From positions 1-37,179 of the forward strand of contig JAMWCT010000002.1 in NCBI GenBank assembly GCA_023819525.1: a DNA stretch of 37,179 nucleotides, read 5' to 3'. This DNA comes from Candidatus Omnitrophota bacterium. GTDB taxonomy: Bacteria; Omnitrophota; Gorgyraeia; Duberdicusellales; 4484-171. The translations under genes and the position numbers were made by a program. Each line of letters begins with the position of its first letter. Positions within the stretch are counted from its first letter, which is position 1. This document shows, in pieces, positions 20,123 through 28,883 of this stretch. The notes under the pieces are model-generated. The model did no database searches, had not been told where the DNA came from, and worked only from the letters and a program-made list of their open reading frames with translations.

Positions 20123-20195
20123 TGAGCCGCCCGAGAATCGAACTCGGGACACCCGGCTTAAAAGGCCGGTGCTCTACCTACTGAGCTAGCGGCCC
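20123..20195 (-). tRNA. tRNA-Lys (TTT)
   Basis: GGGCCGC...GCGGCTC-A; anticodon arm CCGGC-CT-TTT-AA-GCCGG; T-arm CCGAG-TTCGATT-CTCGG; CCA not encoded. Confidence 0.96.
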
Positions 20196-20198
20196 AAA

Positions 20199-20759
20199 TT
20201 AAAATTCTTTCAATTCTCTTTCTTTTTCTTGAAGAATTTTATCTATCTGACTTATGTATTTATCGGTAATTTTCTGTAACTCCTCTTCAGCTTTAAAACG
20301 ATCGTCTTCAGAAATCTTTTTTTCTTTTTCTAAATTCTTAATTCTATCTTTTCCATTTTGTCTTACAGTTCTTATAGAAATTTTACCTTCTTCTGCCACT
20401 TTCTTCACTACTTTAGCTAGTTCATTTCTTCTTTCTTCAGACAAAGGTGGAATAATTAATCTAATTATCTTACCATCATTTATAGGGGTAACTCCTAAAT
20501 CTGACTGCAAGATTGCCTTTTCTATCTCTTTTAGAGAAGAAGGATCCCATGGATTTATAACAATCATTCTTGCCTCTGGAACAGTAATTGTAGCAATATC
20601 TTTTAAAAGAGTAGGTGTTCCATAGTAATTTACTTTTATTCCTTCAACAATTTTTGGATTGGCTCTACCTGAACGCAATTCTGAAAATTCTCTTTTTGTT
20701 GCATCTACAGCTTTTTTCATCTCTTCTTCTATTTCATTAAGAATTTGTTTATATAACAT
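20199..20759 (-). CDS. frr: Ribosome recycling factor
   Basis: LRSGRANP, VNYYGTPT, PWD, NDGKIIRLIIPPLSEERR; follows pyrH. Confidence 0.98.
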   Translation of the reverse strand: MLYKQILNEIEEEMKKAVDATKREFSELRSGRANPKIVEGIKVNYYGTPTLLKDIATITVPEARMIVINPWDPSSLKEIEKAILQSDLGVTPINDGKIIRLIIPPLSEERRNELAKVVKKVAEEGKISIRTVRQNGKDRIKNLEKEKKISEDDRFKAEEELQKITDKYISQIDKILQEKERELKEF

Positions 20760-20782
20760 AGGGCCCCCTTTTAAAAAATTCT

Positions 20783-21496
20783 CTAACTTATAAGTGTTCC
20801 TATCTCTTTACCTAAAACTATATCACGTAAATTACCTTCCTTCATAAAATTAAATACCCTTATTGGAAGATTGTTTTCTTTGCATAATGTAATAGCAGTT
20901 GTATCCATTATTTCTAAACCTTTATTAATAACATCCATATAAGATAATTTCTTAAATAATTTAGCACTTTTATTTTTTAAAGGATCATCCGAATAAACAC
21001 CATCTACCTTTGTACCTTTAAGTAAAATATCAACTTTAATCTCAATACCTCTTAATGCTGCTGCTGTATCCGTTGTAAAATATGGGTTACCTGTTCCTGC
21101 TACAAATATTACAACTCGTTTTTTTTCCAAATGCCTTATAGCACGACGTCTTATATATGGTTCTGCAATTTGTCGCATCTCAATAGCTGTCAAAACCCTT
21201 GTTGGAACAGAAGTATTCTCAAGGGCATTTTGTAGCGCTAAACCGTTAATAACAGTAGCAAGCATACCCATATAGTCTGCAACCGCTCTATCCATCTCAA
21301 ATTCTTTTGAACGAATTGCACCTCTAAAAATATTACCGCCTCCAACCACCAAAGCAATTTCTGTATTTAATTGAAAAACTTCTTTAAGTTGTTTGGCTAA
21401 ATGTGCACAGATAGCTGCATCAATCCCATGACTATATCTTCCTAAAAATGCTTCACCGCTTAATTTAAGGAGAACTCTTTTATATTTAGGTTTCAT
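20783..21496 (-). CDS. pyrH: UMP kinase
   Basis: [49 protein letters not shown] at 21496 (alternative GTG at 21502). Confidence 0.98.
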   Translation of the reverse strand: MKPKYKRVLLKLSGEAFLGRYSHGIDAAICAHLAKQLKEVFQLNTEIALVVGGGNIFRGAIRSKEFEMDRAVADYMGMLATVINGLALQNALENTSVPTRVLTAIEMRQIAEPYIRRRAIRHLEKKRVVIFVAGTGNPYFTTDTAAALRGIEIKVDILLKGTKVDGVYSDDPLKNKSAKLFKKLSYMDVINKGLEIMDTTAITLCKENNLPIRVFNFMKEGNLRDIVLGKEIGTLIS

Positions 21497-22010
21497 ACTC
21501 ACCCAAGCAAAAACGGCTAAATCTTTTAATCACAATATTTTCTCCTGTTTGAGCAATAATATTTTGTAAGCATTGCCCAACGGTCATAGTATCATCTTTA
21601 ATAAATACCTGCTCAAGTAAGCAATTTTTTTTTGCATATTCTTCACTATCTGTTATATTAAGTAATATTTCTTGCGGAATCTCTTTCCTTGTTATATATT
21701 TAGGAGAAGCTGCCGCTATATGCATCGCTAAATCTTTGGCAAATTTTTTAAAAACATCAGTATTAGCTACAAAATCAGTCTCGCAATTAAGTTCAACTAA
21801 CGCACCTACATTTCCATTAAAATGCACATAAGATTCAATTCTCCCTTGTAAAGTCAGCCTATCTTTCTTTTTTTCAAATACCTCAGCCCCTCGTTTTTTT
21901 AAAAGTTCTAAGGCTTTATTTAAATCACCTTTTGCTTCCTCCAAAGCTTTTTTACATTCACTCACCCCAACAGATGTTAGCTCTCTTAATTTCTTGATAT
22001 CATTTAGCAT
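21486..22010 (-). CDS. tsf: Elongation factor Ts (very short form, 174 aa)
   Basis: [46 protein letters not shown] at 22010 follows AGGAGGT (22027-22021); the ORF-track GTG lies inside that RBS. Confidence 0.95.
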   Translation of the reverse strand: MLNDIKKLRELTSVGVSECKKALEEAKGDLNKALELLKKRGAEVFEKKKDRLTLQGRIESYVHFNGNVGALVELNCETDFVANTDVFKKFAKDLAMHIAAASPKYITRKEIPQEILLNITDSEEYAKKNCLLEQVFIKDDTMTVGQCLQNIIAQTGENIVIKRFSRFCLGEYET

Positions 22011-22032
22011 AATTAAAAACACCTCCTAATTA

Positions 22033-22872
22033 TTAACTTTTTGTCACTTCTTTTTGCTTTGTGCGTTTCTTTATTTCTTTTTTCTCTTTTTCTATAACAT
22101 CTTCCTCTAACTCTTCATATTTTTCAACATTTGGCTCTTCTTCAACTGTCTCTTGCTTTTTAGGCTTTGCTGCGCCAACTTCTTCTAACTTTTTTATACC
22201 TTCAAGTATTGCATCTACTATCACAGACATTATGTATCTTACAGATTTTATTGCATCGTCATTTCCTGGAATAGGATAATCTATAATTTGCGGATCTCCA
22301 TCTGTATCAATTAAGGCTATAACAGGAATAGATAATCTATTTGCCTCTTTCACACAAGCAATTTCTTTTTTTGGATCAACTACAAAAATAGCATCTGGCA
22401 ATTCCTCTAAGGATTTTATTCCACTATAATTTCTTTCCATTCTTCGCAGTTCCCTATTAAGACGGACAACTGATTTTCTTGACATTTTATCAAATTCGCC
22501 TTTCTCTCTTTTTTCTAAAAGCAAAATGTATTTTTGCACTCTTTTCCTTACTGTTGAAAAATTTGTTAAAAGTCCACCAATCCATCTATCAACCATATAA
22601 GGCATATTGCAACTACTTGCCAACTCTTTAGTTAAATCTTTAAGCTGTTTTTTTGTTGCGACAAAAAGAATCTTTCCGCCTTCTTGAGCAATTTGTCTGA
22701 CAAAATCTTTTGCTTCCTCCAGTTTCTGAGCAGTCTTTTCTAAATCAATAATGTATACATTTTTCTTTTTGCCAAAAATAAATTTCTTCATTTTTGGATT
22801 CCAATGTTTACTTAAATGACCAAAATGCACACCATTCTCTAATAATTCTTTAATTATCTGCGGTAAAGCCAT
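22033..22872 (-). CDS. rpsB: 30S ribosomal protein S2
   Basis: LLENGVHFGH, WNPKM, RWIGGLLTN, IPGNDDAIKS; charged C-terminal tail; AGGAGG RBS. Confidence 0.98.
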   Translation of the reverse strand: MALPQIIKELLENGVHFGHLSKHWNPKMKKFIFGKKKNVYIIDLEKTAQKLEEAKDFVRQIAQEGGKILFVATKKQLKDLTKELASSCNMPYMVDRWIGGLLTNFSTVRKRVQKYILLLEKREKGEFDKMSRKSVVRLNRELRRMERNYSGIKSLEELPDAIFVVDPKKEIACVKEANRLSIPVIALIDTDGDPQIIDYPIPGNDDAIKSVRYIMSVIVDAILEGIKKLEEVGAAKPKKQETVEEEPNVEKYEELEEDVIEKEKKEIKKRTKQKEVTKS

Positions 22873-22931
22873 ATCTAAAAACCTCCTATATTTGTGTATT
22901 ATTTTTATCTCTACTTAATTACAAAATCAAA

Positions 22932-22959
22932 AGTATACCACAAATTTTTTCCTTGACAA
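22932..22959 (-). promoter_or_regulatory. Sigma70-type promoter of the rpsB-tsf-pyrH-frr operon
   Basis: Minus strand reads TTGTCA (22959-22954), 16 nt ending in TGG, then TATACT (22937-22932). Confidence 0.55.
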
Positions 22960-22982
22960 CAAATTATTAAAATTGTCGTAAA

Positions 22983-24791
22983 CTACATCTCAAATTGTAA
23001 TTGATACAACTTTCTATAAAGTTCATTTTCTTCTAAAAGTTTAGTATGTGTGCCTATCCCGACAATTTTGCCATTCTTTAGCACTACTATTCTATTTGCT
23101 CTTTGAACCGTAGAAAGCCTATGCGCAATTATAATTGCAGTTTTGCCTTCTGTAAGATTAGATAAAGCATTTTTTATAAGTTGTTCTGACTCGCTATCCA
23201 ATTGGCTCGTCGCCTCATCTAAAATTAAAATTGGAGCATTTTTTAAAATTGCTCGCGCAATGGCAATCCTTTGTTTCTCGCCCCCAGATAACCTTACACC
23301 TCTATCACCAATAATCGTATCAAACTTTTTCTCAAGCGAATTAATAAAACCGAAAGCATAAGCTTGTTTTGCGGCATAAATAATTTCAGCTTCAGTTGCT
23401 CCTTCTTTGCCGTAGGCAATATTTTCTCTTATCGTTGCGTTAAAAAGCACCATATCTTGAGAAACAATAGAAAAAAGCGATCGCAATGCATTTAATTTTA
23501 GTTGTCTTATATCTATGTTGTCAATTAAAATTCTACCCTTTTGTGGATCATAAAGACGAGGTAATAAACTAACCAAAGTAGATTTGCCTGCCCCTGAGGG
23601 GCCTACTAAAGCAATTATTTCGCCTTTATTTATAGTTAAATTTATATCTTGTAAAACATATTCTTGTTGGTCATAACTAAACCAAATATTTTTGTAAACT
23701 ATCGTCTCTTTGAAGTCTTTAATATCGTAAGCTTTAATAACTTCTTTTACTTTTGGTTCTTCTTCTAAAATATCATAAATTCTATTTGAGGCAGCTATGG
23801 CTTGTTGATTTATTGCATAAACATTCGAAAGTTTCTTTAAGGGTCTTATAGTAGAAAGTAACGAGGCAATAAATAAACCAAAAACTCCAAAAGAAACCTT
23901 TCCTTCAATTACCTGTCTGCCACCTATTACTAAAATTATAGCAACAGCAATAGCCCCTAAAAATTCAGTTAAAGGAGAAAGAATAATTATTCTTTTTATA
24001 CTCTTCATCATAAACTTATAATATTGTTGATTTATATTTTTAAATCTTTCTAGTTCATAATCTTGGCGGCAGAAAACCTTTACTATATACGCACCTTGAA
24101 TGGTTTCGGTTAAAATAGAAGTTAGATCAGCCATCTTTTTTTGGATTTCAGTAGAAATTTTTTTAATACGTTTCCCTAATCTTATTATTGGATAAAGAAT
24201 TAAAGGAAAAATTATAAATACAGCAAACAATTTCCATGATATATTTATTCCTAAATATATTGCTACAGCCGCAAATATTAGAAGTTGCATAGACTCATAA
24301 ATTAGGTCTGTTAAGGCATATGAAAGTGCATTTGCAATAAAACCAACATCGTTTGTAATGCGTGAAATTAATTCGCCTGTCCTTTTTCTTGCATAAAATT
24401 CTAAAGAAAGTTCTTGAAACTTTTGATAAAGTTTATTCTTCACATCTCTAACAACACCTTGAGCAATTTTGTTCATAAGATAATTTTGAAAAAAGAAAAA
24501 TAAGCCTTTAAGAAAAAATAAAACAAAAACAACAAAAGGTATAAATTTTAACATAGTAATAGGCTCAGTATAATTAAGTTTATCAACTACCCTAGATAAG
24601 ATAGAGGGCAAATTTTTTGGAACAATTATTTTTTTATTAGTAAATAGCCTATCAGTGACAGGAATAATCATACTTAAAGATACGCCATCAAATATCGCAG
24701 AAAAGCACATCAAAAAAGATGCTAAAATAAATAATTTTTTAAATGGCTTTAAAAATCTCAACAATTTAAAATATTCCTTCAAATTCACCAT
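22983..24791 (-). CDS. msbA: ABC exporter, fused TMD-NBD, MsbA-like lipid A flippase
   Basis: N-terminal TM helices, GELISRITND, GPSGAGKST, LSGGEKQRIAIARA, ILDEATS, IAHRLST; divergent from the lpxB operon. Confidence 0.82.
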   Translation of the reverse strand: MVNLKEYFKLLRFLKPFKKLFILASFLMCFSAIFDGVSLSMIIPVTDRLFTNKKIIVPKNLPSILSRVVDKLNYTEPITMLKFIPFVVFVLFFLKGLFFFFQNYLMNKIAQGVVRDVKNKLYQKFQELSLEFYARKRTGELISRITNDVGFIANALSYALTDLIYESMQLLIFAAVAIYLGINISWKLFAVFIIFPLILYPIIRLGKRIKKISTEIQKKMADLTSILTETIQGAYIVKVFCRQDYELERFKNINQQYYKFMMKSIKRIIILSPLTEFLGAIAVAIILVIGGRQVIEGKVSFGVFGLFIASLLSTIRPLKKLSNVYAINQQAIAASNRIYDILEEEPKVKEVIKAYDIKDFKETIVYKNIWFSYDQQEYVLQDINLTINKGEIIALVGPSGAGKSTLVSLLPRLYDPQKGRILIDNIDIRQLKLNALRSLFSIVSQDMVLFNATIRENIAYGKEGATEAEIIYAAKQAYAFGFINSLEKKFDTIIGDRGVRLSGGEKQRIAIARAILKNAPILILDEATSQLDSESEQLIKNALSNLTEGKTAIIIAHRLSTVQRANRIVVLKNGKIVGIGTHTKLLEENELYRKLYQLQFEM

Positions 24792-24877
24792 AAAACTTAA
24801 ATCACTAAAAAATTATCATTAATAGTAAATATTACACTATCTTTTGAAAATAAACAAATTTAATTTTATCACAGCAT

Positions 24878-24906
24878 TTGACTTCACTCAAGACATTTGA
24901 TATCAT
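24878..24906 (+). promoter_or_regulatory. Sigma70-type promoter for the GnnA-like/lpxB operon, near-leaderless
   Basis: TTGACT (24878-83), 17 nt ending in TGA, TATCAT (24901-06), 9 nt, then ATG (24916). No Shine-Dalgarno sequence. Confidence 0.6.
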
Positions 24907-24915
24907 ACAAGCAGT

Positions 24916-25827
24916 ATGAATATAGGTATAGTTGGCATAGGAAAATTAGGAAGCGTGCATTTGCGTCTTTGTCAAGAACTAGAAGCTATAAAAAAAATTT
25001 ATATTGTAGATATTGATCAAAATAAACTATTATTATATCCACAATTCACAACATTTGGAGATTTTAGAAAACTTTTAGGCAAAGTAAATGCCGTAATTAT
25101 TGCTACCCCCACACCCACTCATTTTAAAATCGCTAAATTTTTTTTAGAAAATAAAATTCCTGTATTTGTAGAAAAACCAATCACACAAAATTTAGAGGAA
25201 GGAAAGAAACTATTAAAGTTAGCAAAAAAAAATAAAACCACACTTTTTGTTGGTCACGTAGAAAGATACAACAATGCATATTTAGCTATAAAACAAATTG
25301 CAAAAAAACCCCTTTTTATAGAATGTCACCGTTTAAGTAGTTATCCAAATCGCTCATTAGATATTAGCGTTGTGTTAGATTTAATGATACATGACCTAGA
25401 TATTATTCTTGATTTGGTAAACGATAAAATCAAAAAAATTGAAGCAAAAGGCGTAAAAGTCCTTTCAAAAACAACTGATATTGCTAATGCAAGATTAACT
25501 TTTAAAGGTGGTTGTGTAGCAAATATTACAGCCTCAAGAATCTCATTAAAAAAAGAAAGAAAGATTAGAATATTTTTGACAAATTGTTATATATCTTTAG
25601 ATTATGCACAACAGGAGGTTCAAATATGTGAAAAAAAGGAAAATCAAATAATAACAAAATCTTTGAACATAAGTAAAGAGGAACCGCTTAAAAAAGAAGT
25701 AATGCATTTTTTAGATATAGTAAAATCTAATAGTTTCAGTTTAGAATTTGTAATTAATGCACTAAATGCACTCAAATTAGCATTAGATATTCAAAAAATT
25801 ATTAGTTATGATAAAGTTCTAAAATAA
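24916..25827 (+). CDS. Gfo/Idh/MocA oxidoreductase, probable UDP-GlcNAc 3-dehydrogenase (GnnA-like)
   Basis: GIVGIGKLG, VEKPI, VGHVERYN, VVLDLMIHDLD, ANITASRIS; immediately upstream of lpxB. Confidence 0.8.
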   Translation: MNIGIVGIGKLGSVHLRLCQELEAIKKIYIVDIDQNKLLLYPQFTTFGDFRKLLGKVNAVIIATPTPTHFKIAKFFLENKIPVFVEKPITQNLEEGKKLLKLAKKNKTTLFVGHVERYNNAYLAIKQIAKKPLFIECHRLSSYPNRSLDISVVLDLMIHDLDIILDLVNDKIKKIEAKGVKVLSKTTDIANARLTFKGGCVANITASRISLKKERKIRIFLTNCYISLDYAQQEVQICEKKENQIITKSLNISKEEPLKKEVMHFLDIVKSNSFSLEFVINALNALKLALDIQKIISYDKVLK

Positions 25828-25830
25828 TTT

Positions 25831-26907
25831 ATGAAAAAAATAGTAATTATAGCTGGGGATTTATCTGGCGATTTATATGGTGGATTATTAAGTAAAAAAA
25901 TAAAAGAAAAATTTAGCAATGTAGAAATATTTTCTCTTGGTGGAATAAATCTCGCTCGACATACAAAACAAATTTTCTGTCTAACTGATTATGCTGTTTC
26001 TGGGATATTTGAAGTAACAAGTAGTCTATATAAATTATATAGCATTTTTAAAGATACAGTAGCATATATAAACAAAATTAAACCGGATTTGGTAATTCCT
26101 GTAGATTTTCCAGATTTTAATTTAAGATTGATTAAAAAATTAAATAAAAAATTTCCTGTATTTTATTATGTAAGTCCACAAGTTTGGGCTTGGAGAAAAA
26201 ACAGGTTAAAACTTATAAAAAAATATATAGATACAATGGTAGTAATTTTTAAATTTGAAGAAGAATTTTATCGCAGCCAAAATGTAAATGTAAAATATTT
26301 TGGTCACCCCCTATTAGAATTGGTTACAAAAACAAATATGAAACCAAAAAAAATAATCTCCTTTATGCCTGGTTCAAGAAAAAATGAAATAAAATTAAAT
26401 CTTCCAATTATTGAAAAAACAAAAATCATACTTGAAAAAAAATTGCCAGATTATTCTTTTAGAATTATCTGCCCCCAAAATATTCCAAAAAATTTCTACA
26501 AAAAATTTTCTACTATGGATGTAACCAACCACTCATATCAGGCTATGGAAGAGTCTACTTTTATAATAACCTCTTCAGGAACAGCCACAGTTGAGATAGC
26601 GCTTTTAGAGGTTCCTTTTATCATTTTTTATAAGTTAAGGTCGCCGACATGGTATATTTTAAAACGATTAGTAAATACAAAATTTATTGGAATGGTTAAT
26701 ATATTAGCGGGTAGAAAAATCATTGAGGAATTTCTACAAAATGACGCAAAACCTTTGAATTTAGCAAATAAAACTATTGAAATAATAAATGATAACTTTA
26801 TGTATAACAAAATAAAAAATGAACTTTCAAAAATAAAAGATATCATTTCTCCTTCTGGCGCAACAGAAAATTTTGCTTCCTTTATTGGGGAGTATTTAAG
26901 ATTGTAA
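25831..26907 (+). CDS. lpxB: Lipid-A-disaccharide synthase
   Basis: IAGDLSGD, DFPDFNLRL, YYVSPQVWAWR, GHPL, PGSRKNE, SGTATVE. Confidence 0.96.
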   Translation: MKKIVIIAGDLSGDLYGGLLSKKIKEKFSNVEIFSLGGINLARHTKQIFCLTDYAVSGIFEVTSSLYKLYSIFKDTVAYINKIKPDLVIPVDFPDFNLRLIKKLNKKFPVFYYVSPQVWAWRKNRLKLIKKYIDTMVVIFKFEEEFYRSQNVNVKYFGHPLLELVTKTNMKPKKIISFMPGSRKNEIKLNLPIIEKTKIILEKKLPDYSFRIICPQNIPKNFYKKFSTMDVTNHSYQAMEESTFIITSSGTATVEIALLEVPFIIFYKLRSPTWYILKRLVNTKFIGMVNILAGRKIIEEFLQNDAKPLNLANKTIEIINDNFMYNKIKNELSKIKDIISPSGATENFASFIGEYLRL

Positions 26908-26917
26908 ATAACTTAAA

Positions 26918-27787
26918 TTAGCTTATAGATTTAGTATAAGATTTTATAAAAAATTTATAGGTTGGAATTTTTAAAAGAAAAAGATAAGGATAATCTAAAA
27001 AAAGTTTTTCAAAAAATGTGCTTCTGTGTGGACCACAAATCCCTCGTTTTGAAGACAAAATAAATTCAATTATCTCTTCAACGTATTTGGAGGACATATT
27101 TTTTAGTAACCGCACTGCATTACTTAAGGAAAGTTTGCTGCGATAAATTATATTAAATGCTTTTTTTATTTCTGCTATTTCTTTACTACCAAAACCTTTT
27201 CTTTTAAGCCCAACTAAATTAAGACCCCAAATTTTTGAATCCCCGACTAAAAGCATAAAAGGCAAAACGTCTTGGTTTACTCTTGATAACCCTCCTATCA
27301 TAGCCAATCTGCCTATCCTGACAAATTGATGCACGACTACATTACCTGAAATAAAAGCATTCTCATTGATTTGGACATGCCCTGCTATGAGTGAGCCGTT
27401 ACAAATTACAACATTGTTTGTAATTTCACAATCATGAGCAATGTGACTGAAAGCCATAAAATAATTATTATTTCCAATAGTTGTAGTTTTATCCGCCAAA
27501 CTGGAGGTATGTATAGTAACATATTCACGAATAACGTTATTATTACCTATAAAAAGTCTGCCTAAATTTTCTTTTATACCTAAAATTTGTGGCATTTGGC
27601 CAATAACAGCACCTGTGCCAATAAAATTATTATCGCCTATAGTGGTATTACCAGCAATATGTGCATAAGGACAAATGGTAACATTTTTTCCTATTCTTAC
27701 ATTTTTTTCTATAACAGCATAAGCGCCAATATTTACGGGTTCTTCTAAAATCGCTTCTTTGTCAATGATTGCTGTTGGATGAATCAT
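26918..27787 (-). CDS. lpxA: Acyl-ACP--UDP-N-acetylglucosamine acyltransferase
   Basis: MIHPTAII, hexapeptide repeats, IREYVTIH, HIAHDC (catalytic His), LIAGHV, VHQFVRIG, GLNLVGLKR. Confidence 0.9.
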   Translation of the reverse strand: MIHPTAIIDKEAILEEPVNIGAYAVIEKNVRIGKNVTICPYAHIAGNTTIGDNNFIGTGAVIGQMPQILGIKENLGRLFIGNNNVIREYVTIHTSSLADKTTTIGNNNYFMAFSHIAHDCEITNNVVICNGSLIAGHVQINENAFISGNVVVHQFVRIGRLAMIGGLSRVNQDVLPFMLLVGDSKIWGLNLVGLKRKGFGSKEIAEIKKAFNIIYRSKLSLSNAVRLLKNMSSKYVEEIIEFILSSKRGICGPHRSTFFEKLFLDYPYLFLLKIPTYKFFIKSYTKSIS

Positions 27788-27805
27788 AAATTTTTATTTA
27801 TAAAC

Positions 27806-28816
27806 TTATAATCCTATGCCAGAAATTTCAAAACCACAATATCGACATTTGCCTCCAATTGCATTATTTTGTAAAATAAAAAATCCTCTTCTTTCAATTA
27901 AAAGTTTATTGCAAGCAGGACAATATGTATTTTCAAATTCACTATATACATTTCCAATATAAACATAATTTAATCCTGCTTCTTTTCCAATCTGATAAGC
28001 AATTTTTAAAGAAGTAAATTCCGTTGCCTGAATATTAGTAAGTTTATAATCTGGGTGAAAAGCTGATATGTGCCAAGGTAAATTTTTATCCACAGAAACT
28101 AAAAACTCTGCTATTTTTTTAAGTTCCTGCTTGCTATCATTTAAACCAGGGATAAGAAGTGTTGTTACCTCTACCCAAATGTTTAATCTTTTCATCAAAA
28201 TTATATTCTCAAGCACTGGTTTTAATGTTGCCTTACAAATTTTTTTATAAAAATCTTCATTAAAAGATTTTAAATCCACATTTGCAGCATCTAAATACGC
28301 TGATATGTATTCCAGCGAATCTTTGCTTATATAGCCATTTGTAACAAAAGCATTCTTTAGTCCTTTTTGTTTTGCAAGTTTACAACAATCAAAAGCAAAT
28401 TCAAAATAAATCGTTGGCTCAGTATAAGTATAAGAAATACTTGGGCAATTTGCTTTTAAGGCTAAATTTATAATTTCATCTGGTGTAACTAAATTTGTCT
28501 TGATATTCAACTTCTTAGCTTCTTTTTCTTGCGAGATTTCCCAATTTTGACAGAAATCGCAACTAAAATTACACCCTACACAAGCAATCGAAAAACTAAC
28601 TGAACCAACTAAAAAGTGAAAAAAAGGCTTTTTTTCAATAGGGTCAATGTTGGCTGCTACAACTTCTCCATAATTTAAAGAATAAAGACTACCATTTTTA
28701 TTTTGCCTTACCCTACATCTACCAAAATTATCTAAAGCAATCAAGCAGTTATGGTTACATAAAAAACATTTTACTTGTTTCTGTTCTAACTTTTTATAAA
28801 ATAAAGCTTCCTTCAT
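27806..28816 (-). CDS. amrS: AmmeMemoRadiSam system radical SAM enzyme
   Basis: N-terminal CxxCxxxC...CRVR, DPIEKKP, radical-SAM CNFSCDFCQN, YTYTEP, NVDLKSF, EVTTLLIPG, C-terminal CPAC...CRYC. Confidence 0.9.
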   Translation of the reverse strand: MKEALFYKKLEQKQVKCFLCNHNCLIALDNFGRCRVRQNKNGSLYSLNYGEVVAANIDPIEKKPFFHFLVGSVSFSIACVGCNFSCDFCQNWEISQEKEAKKLNIKTNLVTPDEIINLALKANCPSISYTYTEPTIYFEFAFDCCKLAKQKGLKNAFVTNGYISKDSLEYISAYLDAANVDLKSFNEDFYKKICKATLKPVLENIILMKRLNIWVEVTTLLIPGLNDSKQELKKIAEFLVSVDKNLPWHISAFHPDYKLTNIQATEFTSLKIAYQIGKEAGLNYVYIGNVYSEFENTYCPACNKLLIERRGFFILQNNAIGGKCRYCGFEISGIGL

Positions 28817-28832
28817 ATTTACATTAATGAAA

Positions 28833-28869
28833 ATTATATCTTGATTTTTTCTAACTTCAATGATAATAT
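28833..28869. promoter_or_regulatory. Overlapping divergent promoters between amrS and the ParA-CBM operon
   Basis: Minus strand: TTGAAG (28860-55), 16 nt, TATAAT (28838-33). Plus strand: TTGATT (28841-46), 17 nt, TAATAT (28864-69). The region is very AT-rich. Confidence 0.35.
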
Positions 28870-28883
28870 TATAAAGTCAAAAT

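Noticed and set aside
19868-20146. Possible CRISPR array
   Set aside because: Only two direct-repeat copies, both tRNA-derived; the hairpins differ in length with no regular repeat-spacer period; no cas genes.
20001-20189. 62-aa plus-strand ORF within the tRNA-linked element
   Set aside because: It starts inside a hairpin and runs antisense through tRNA-Lys; no integrase, nuclease or toxin motifs.
22033-22200. Low-complexity Glu/Lys-rich tail of S2 as a repeat or fusion
   Set aside because: Charged C-terminal extensions are common in RpsB, and no nucleotide-level tandem repeat is present.
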